From positions 2,030,386-2,094,385 of the forward strand of contig NC_057760.1 in NCBI RefSeq assembly GCF_004010195.1: a DNA stretch of 64,000 nucleotides, read 5' to 3'. The position numbers and the translations under genes are program-made. A model generated the notes under the pieces. The model searched no databases. It saw only the letters and a program-made list of their open reading frames with translations, and was not told where the DNA came from. How positions within the stretch are numbered: position 1 is the stretch's first letter; each line of letters opens with the position of its first letter. Below are positions 61,092-64,000 of the stretch, one piece after another. The DNA comes from Chiloscyllium plagiosum. Lineage: Eukaryota.

Positions 61092-64000
61092 CTGAAAAGG
61101 AAGAGAAAACAGAGTCAGTCTGAACAGTGCACAACTCTGCAGGGCCACCACTACGATCTCAGCTAATCCAGAAGGTGGACACGTTTAATACATCATGAGT
61201 CTTTATCATTTGGTGCGCAGGTCACACAAACACTCTCTCACATGGTGTCCATAGCAAGAAATGCTGACAACCAAAAACACAAGGTCATGATGCAAACTTT
61301 TGATAAAAATAACATAGTGACTTTTGCCTCAGCACTCCGAAGTCCCTATAAATTGTCTACGATATTTACCCAAACCTCCAGCTATAGCGCATCTCCTGTC
61401 AATAATACACTTTCCTTGCCATTAACAAAGTGCCAAAAAAAGGGCATGGTTTCATAGAGGGATTCAGACTTGAGACTCCTCGTCTAAACCCCAGGAAGCA
61501 ATAGCTGCATTGCCATTGGATCCAATGGATTAAGGAGGAGGTGGTGAGTTAAATCAGCTTCCCTGCTCCAGCACTAAGCAAAGTTACCAAAAAGGAAGAG
61601 GACGAGTCACTCTCCAACCACAAGCAATCCCCACCTATAAGATTCCTTCCAACTCCCCATCCTACATATCCGACACTAACACTCATAGCTCTCCAGGATG
61701 GTACCCAGAAGCAGCCCAAGGCCAGAGGGGCTCTGATCTTGGGGGCTGTCCATAATAAGCACAGAGGTGAGCACTGTCAATTCTGTACCATTTCTGCTGA
61801 CTTTTTCAATAAAATGAAATACGGTGGCAAACATTTTCCTTCACTGGCTAACCAGTCTTTCATGGCTTTAGTGCAATAGATTCCGGGAGTGTGTCCATTT
61901 CTTTCCAAAGTTTGTAAACCATCCTGTTGAGAAGATACAGGGGCACAGATATCAGACCTGAATCCTCGATGCCCTATCCACAGCCAAATCAAACGGATCT
62001 ATATAGATCCATCACTAACCCTGTTGCTGTTACAAACCTGATTGCCAGTACCCTTACACTGCCACACTTCTGTCCATCAGCACTAAGAAAGCATGAGGAT
62101 ACTGCAAAGAGGGTATCGTGTGATAATCACAAAAGCTTAAGTGTTTTATTGAATACATCTGAACACCACCTTCCCCACTGCCCAAAATTTGTTCCATACC
62201 TGTTTTCACTTTTGTAAATTCAGCTGGTTTTCGTCCCACTAAAATGAATGGAAACAAGTGAAAAATAGTGAATTTCCAGATTGCTTTGTCTGAAGCCTTT
62301 TCAACAATCGTTCCAGACTGCACGGTGATATGGTTCATTTGCATTTGTTCATAAGGGAAGTGCTAATTATTAAAAGCATTTGGTGCAAAGCATCTGGCCT
62401 CATTGAACTGTTTTAACTTTGAAGACTGGTAAAATTCGGAGCCCATTCTCCCAGCCACCCATCTCTGTTCATCTGTAAGTAAAGCCCACCCCTTGCCGTT
62501 AGGCAGAGGTTGCACAAGTTGGTCTTCAGCTGCTCCTCACTTGGGTGGGAGGGGCTGTGTCTTCTCTATGTTTGGAACTTTCCCCGAATGAGATTCAATC
62601 CATTGTTACACAGGGAAATTGCAGATAGGGAGCCAAGATCGCTGATCAGTCTGTGGTTCATGGTGCACATTATTAGGCCAAAGAGAAAACGGAGTCCAGG
62701 TGATTCTGTTCAGCTCAATGCCCTCTGCTGTCCTATACACACGCGCGCGCACACAGTTCAAAATTTTCTTTCTCTCAAAATTTCAAAGCTTGTTAAAGAC
62801 AGACACAGTCACAGTCTCTTGATGAGGGACAGAGAGGGTGGAGGGACAGAGAGAGTGCAAAACCGACCAAGTATGTCCCACGGGTCTGATCCCTGCTCAA
62901 GACTGATAGAGGCAATTTCATGGAGTAGTGCAGATTAAAGCTGCCTTTGGGGTGTGAGAGCAAGGAAGAGGGGAGAAAACATATCCCAATTAGGAAGCCA
63001 TACAGGTGGACATGAGAATGGTCCAGGATAGGGGGTTCTCCACATTCCAAGTTCAGGCAAGAATGGTCCCTTAGGAATATTCAAGGGTTGTCGGGATCAG
63101 TGGTATCATTACCCAGTCAGAAACAAAAATACTCAAAACTGTTCAGAAGTATAGGCTCCCCTTTATTGGGGGCAGCAGTTCAGGTAAAAATTACACATCT
63201 CCATTAAAAGGATGATGAGATTATACAGGTGCCAGGGTAATGGAGATATTTTGCAATGCACAGACCAGTACTCTGGGAAAGATGTGCAACTGGCAGTAGC
63301 TTAGAGAGGAATTTCAAAAAGCAGCAGAGAGCTTAGGTACAGACCATGATAAAGCTACAAAGGTAGGGTGACATTTACGAAGGGTTTGAGGCTGTGAACC
63401 CAGCTGGAGAGCAAGGGAGTAATTTTCTGAGTAGAAATAAGAGGCATTGGTGATCTTTTCAGTTGCAGATGGGCTGAGTGTGAGGCAGGAGATGTTGGAG
63501 AGTAACAGCTGAGGATTAGTGATCGCTAATCTTTGAGAACTTTAAATGCATTATAACAGGAGCACTGCAGGAGAATTAGCAACAGACCAGCCGGGGCACA
63601 TACAGCCTTTCAACTCCAGCTACATTCCAGACACAAGTACCTCCAAACAGCCCACATTACAGCAGCCTAAGAGAAGTTTTAATGTAGGATGGATTTGACA
63701 TGAAGACCTTGTGCGACAATTCTACGCTATGTCACTCCTGAAAGACAAGGCACTTCTGACCAGAACATCCTCAAAGTACAGATCATGCTGGAACCATGTC
63801 CAAGCATCTGTTTACTCAGGTACCAGGAGGAGAGCTCTCAGGTGCTGAATAGCACGTTACTTCTTTCAGTCTGTCAATTACTCACGAGCTAGCTTGTGAT
63901 TTCCACGGTCACCTTTCAGTGACCTTGACGGGGACAAGGTGACGGATGGAACAAAGAGCAGCACAAAGGTTTGAATGAGTTCTTTTAAGACCTCAGTAGG

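Noticed and set aside
62570..62625. NF-kB-like motifs in an RPRD2 intron
   Set aside because: Imperfect consensus matches expected by chance

Overview
Vertebrate genomic DNA from a cartilaginous fish, inferred from HE1-type V-SINEs, CR1/HER1 LINEs, DeuSINEs and Penelope-like elements. Two genes lie on the minus strand. (1) Seven 3' coding exons of RPRD2 (61091 to 40407), all with GT-AG junctions in consistent phase, followed by a repeat-poor region that may be a 3' UTR of up to about 11 kb. (2) The terminal coding exon of the SK3 channel gene KCNN3 (22267 to 21986), whose other exons I could not find in the window; a 500-N scaffold gap (26224-26723) separates the two genes. The rest is mostly retrotransposon debris, including a near full-length decayed CR1 LINE (about 55.8-59.9 kb). 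The most distinctive signal is three families of Penelope-derived terminal repeats carrying minimal hammerhead-ribozyme cores, repeatedly inserted as fold-back structures with target-site duplications (TSDs); one is a near-perfect palindrome with 94-bp arms in an RPRD2 intron. Other leads: a chimeric Tx1 micro-retrocopy, a candidate in-frame alternative or poison exon of RPRD2, and a duplicated block-conserved 145-nt element in the putative RPRD2 3' UTR. Family names and homologies come from recall, not database searches, and repeat boundaries are approximate.
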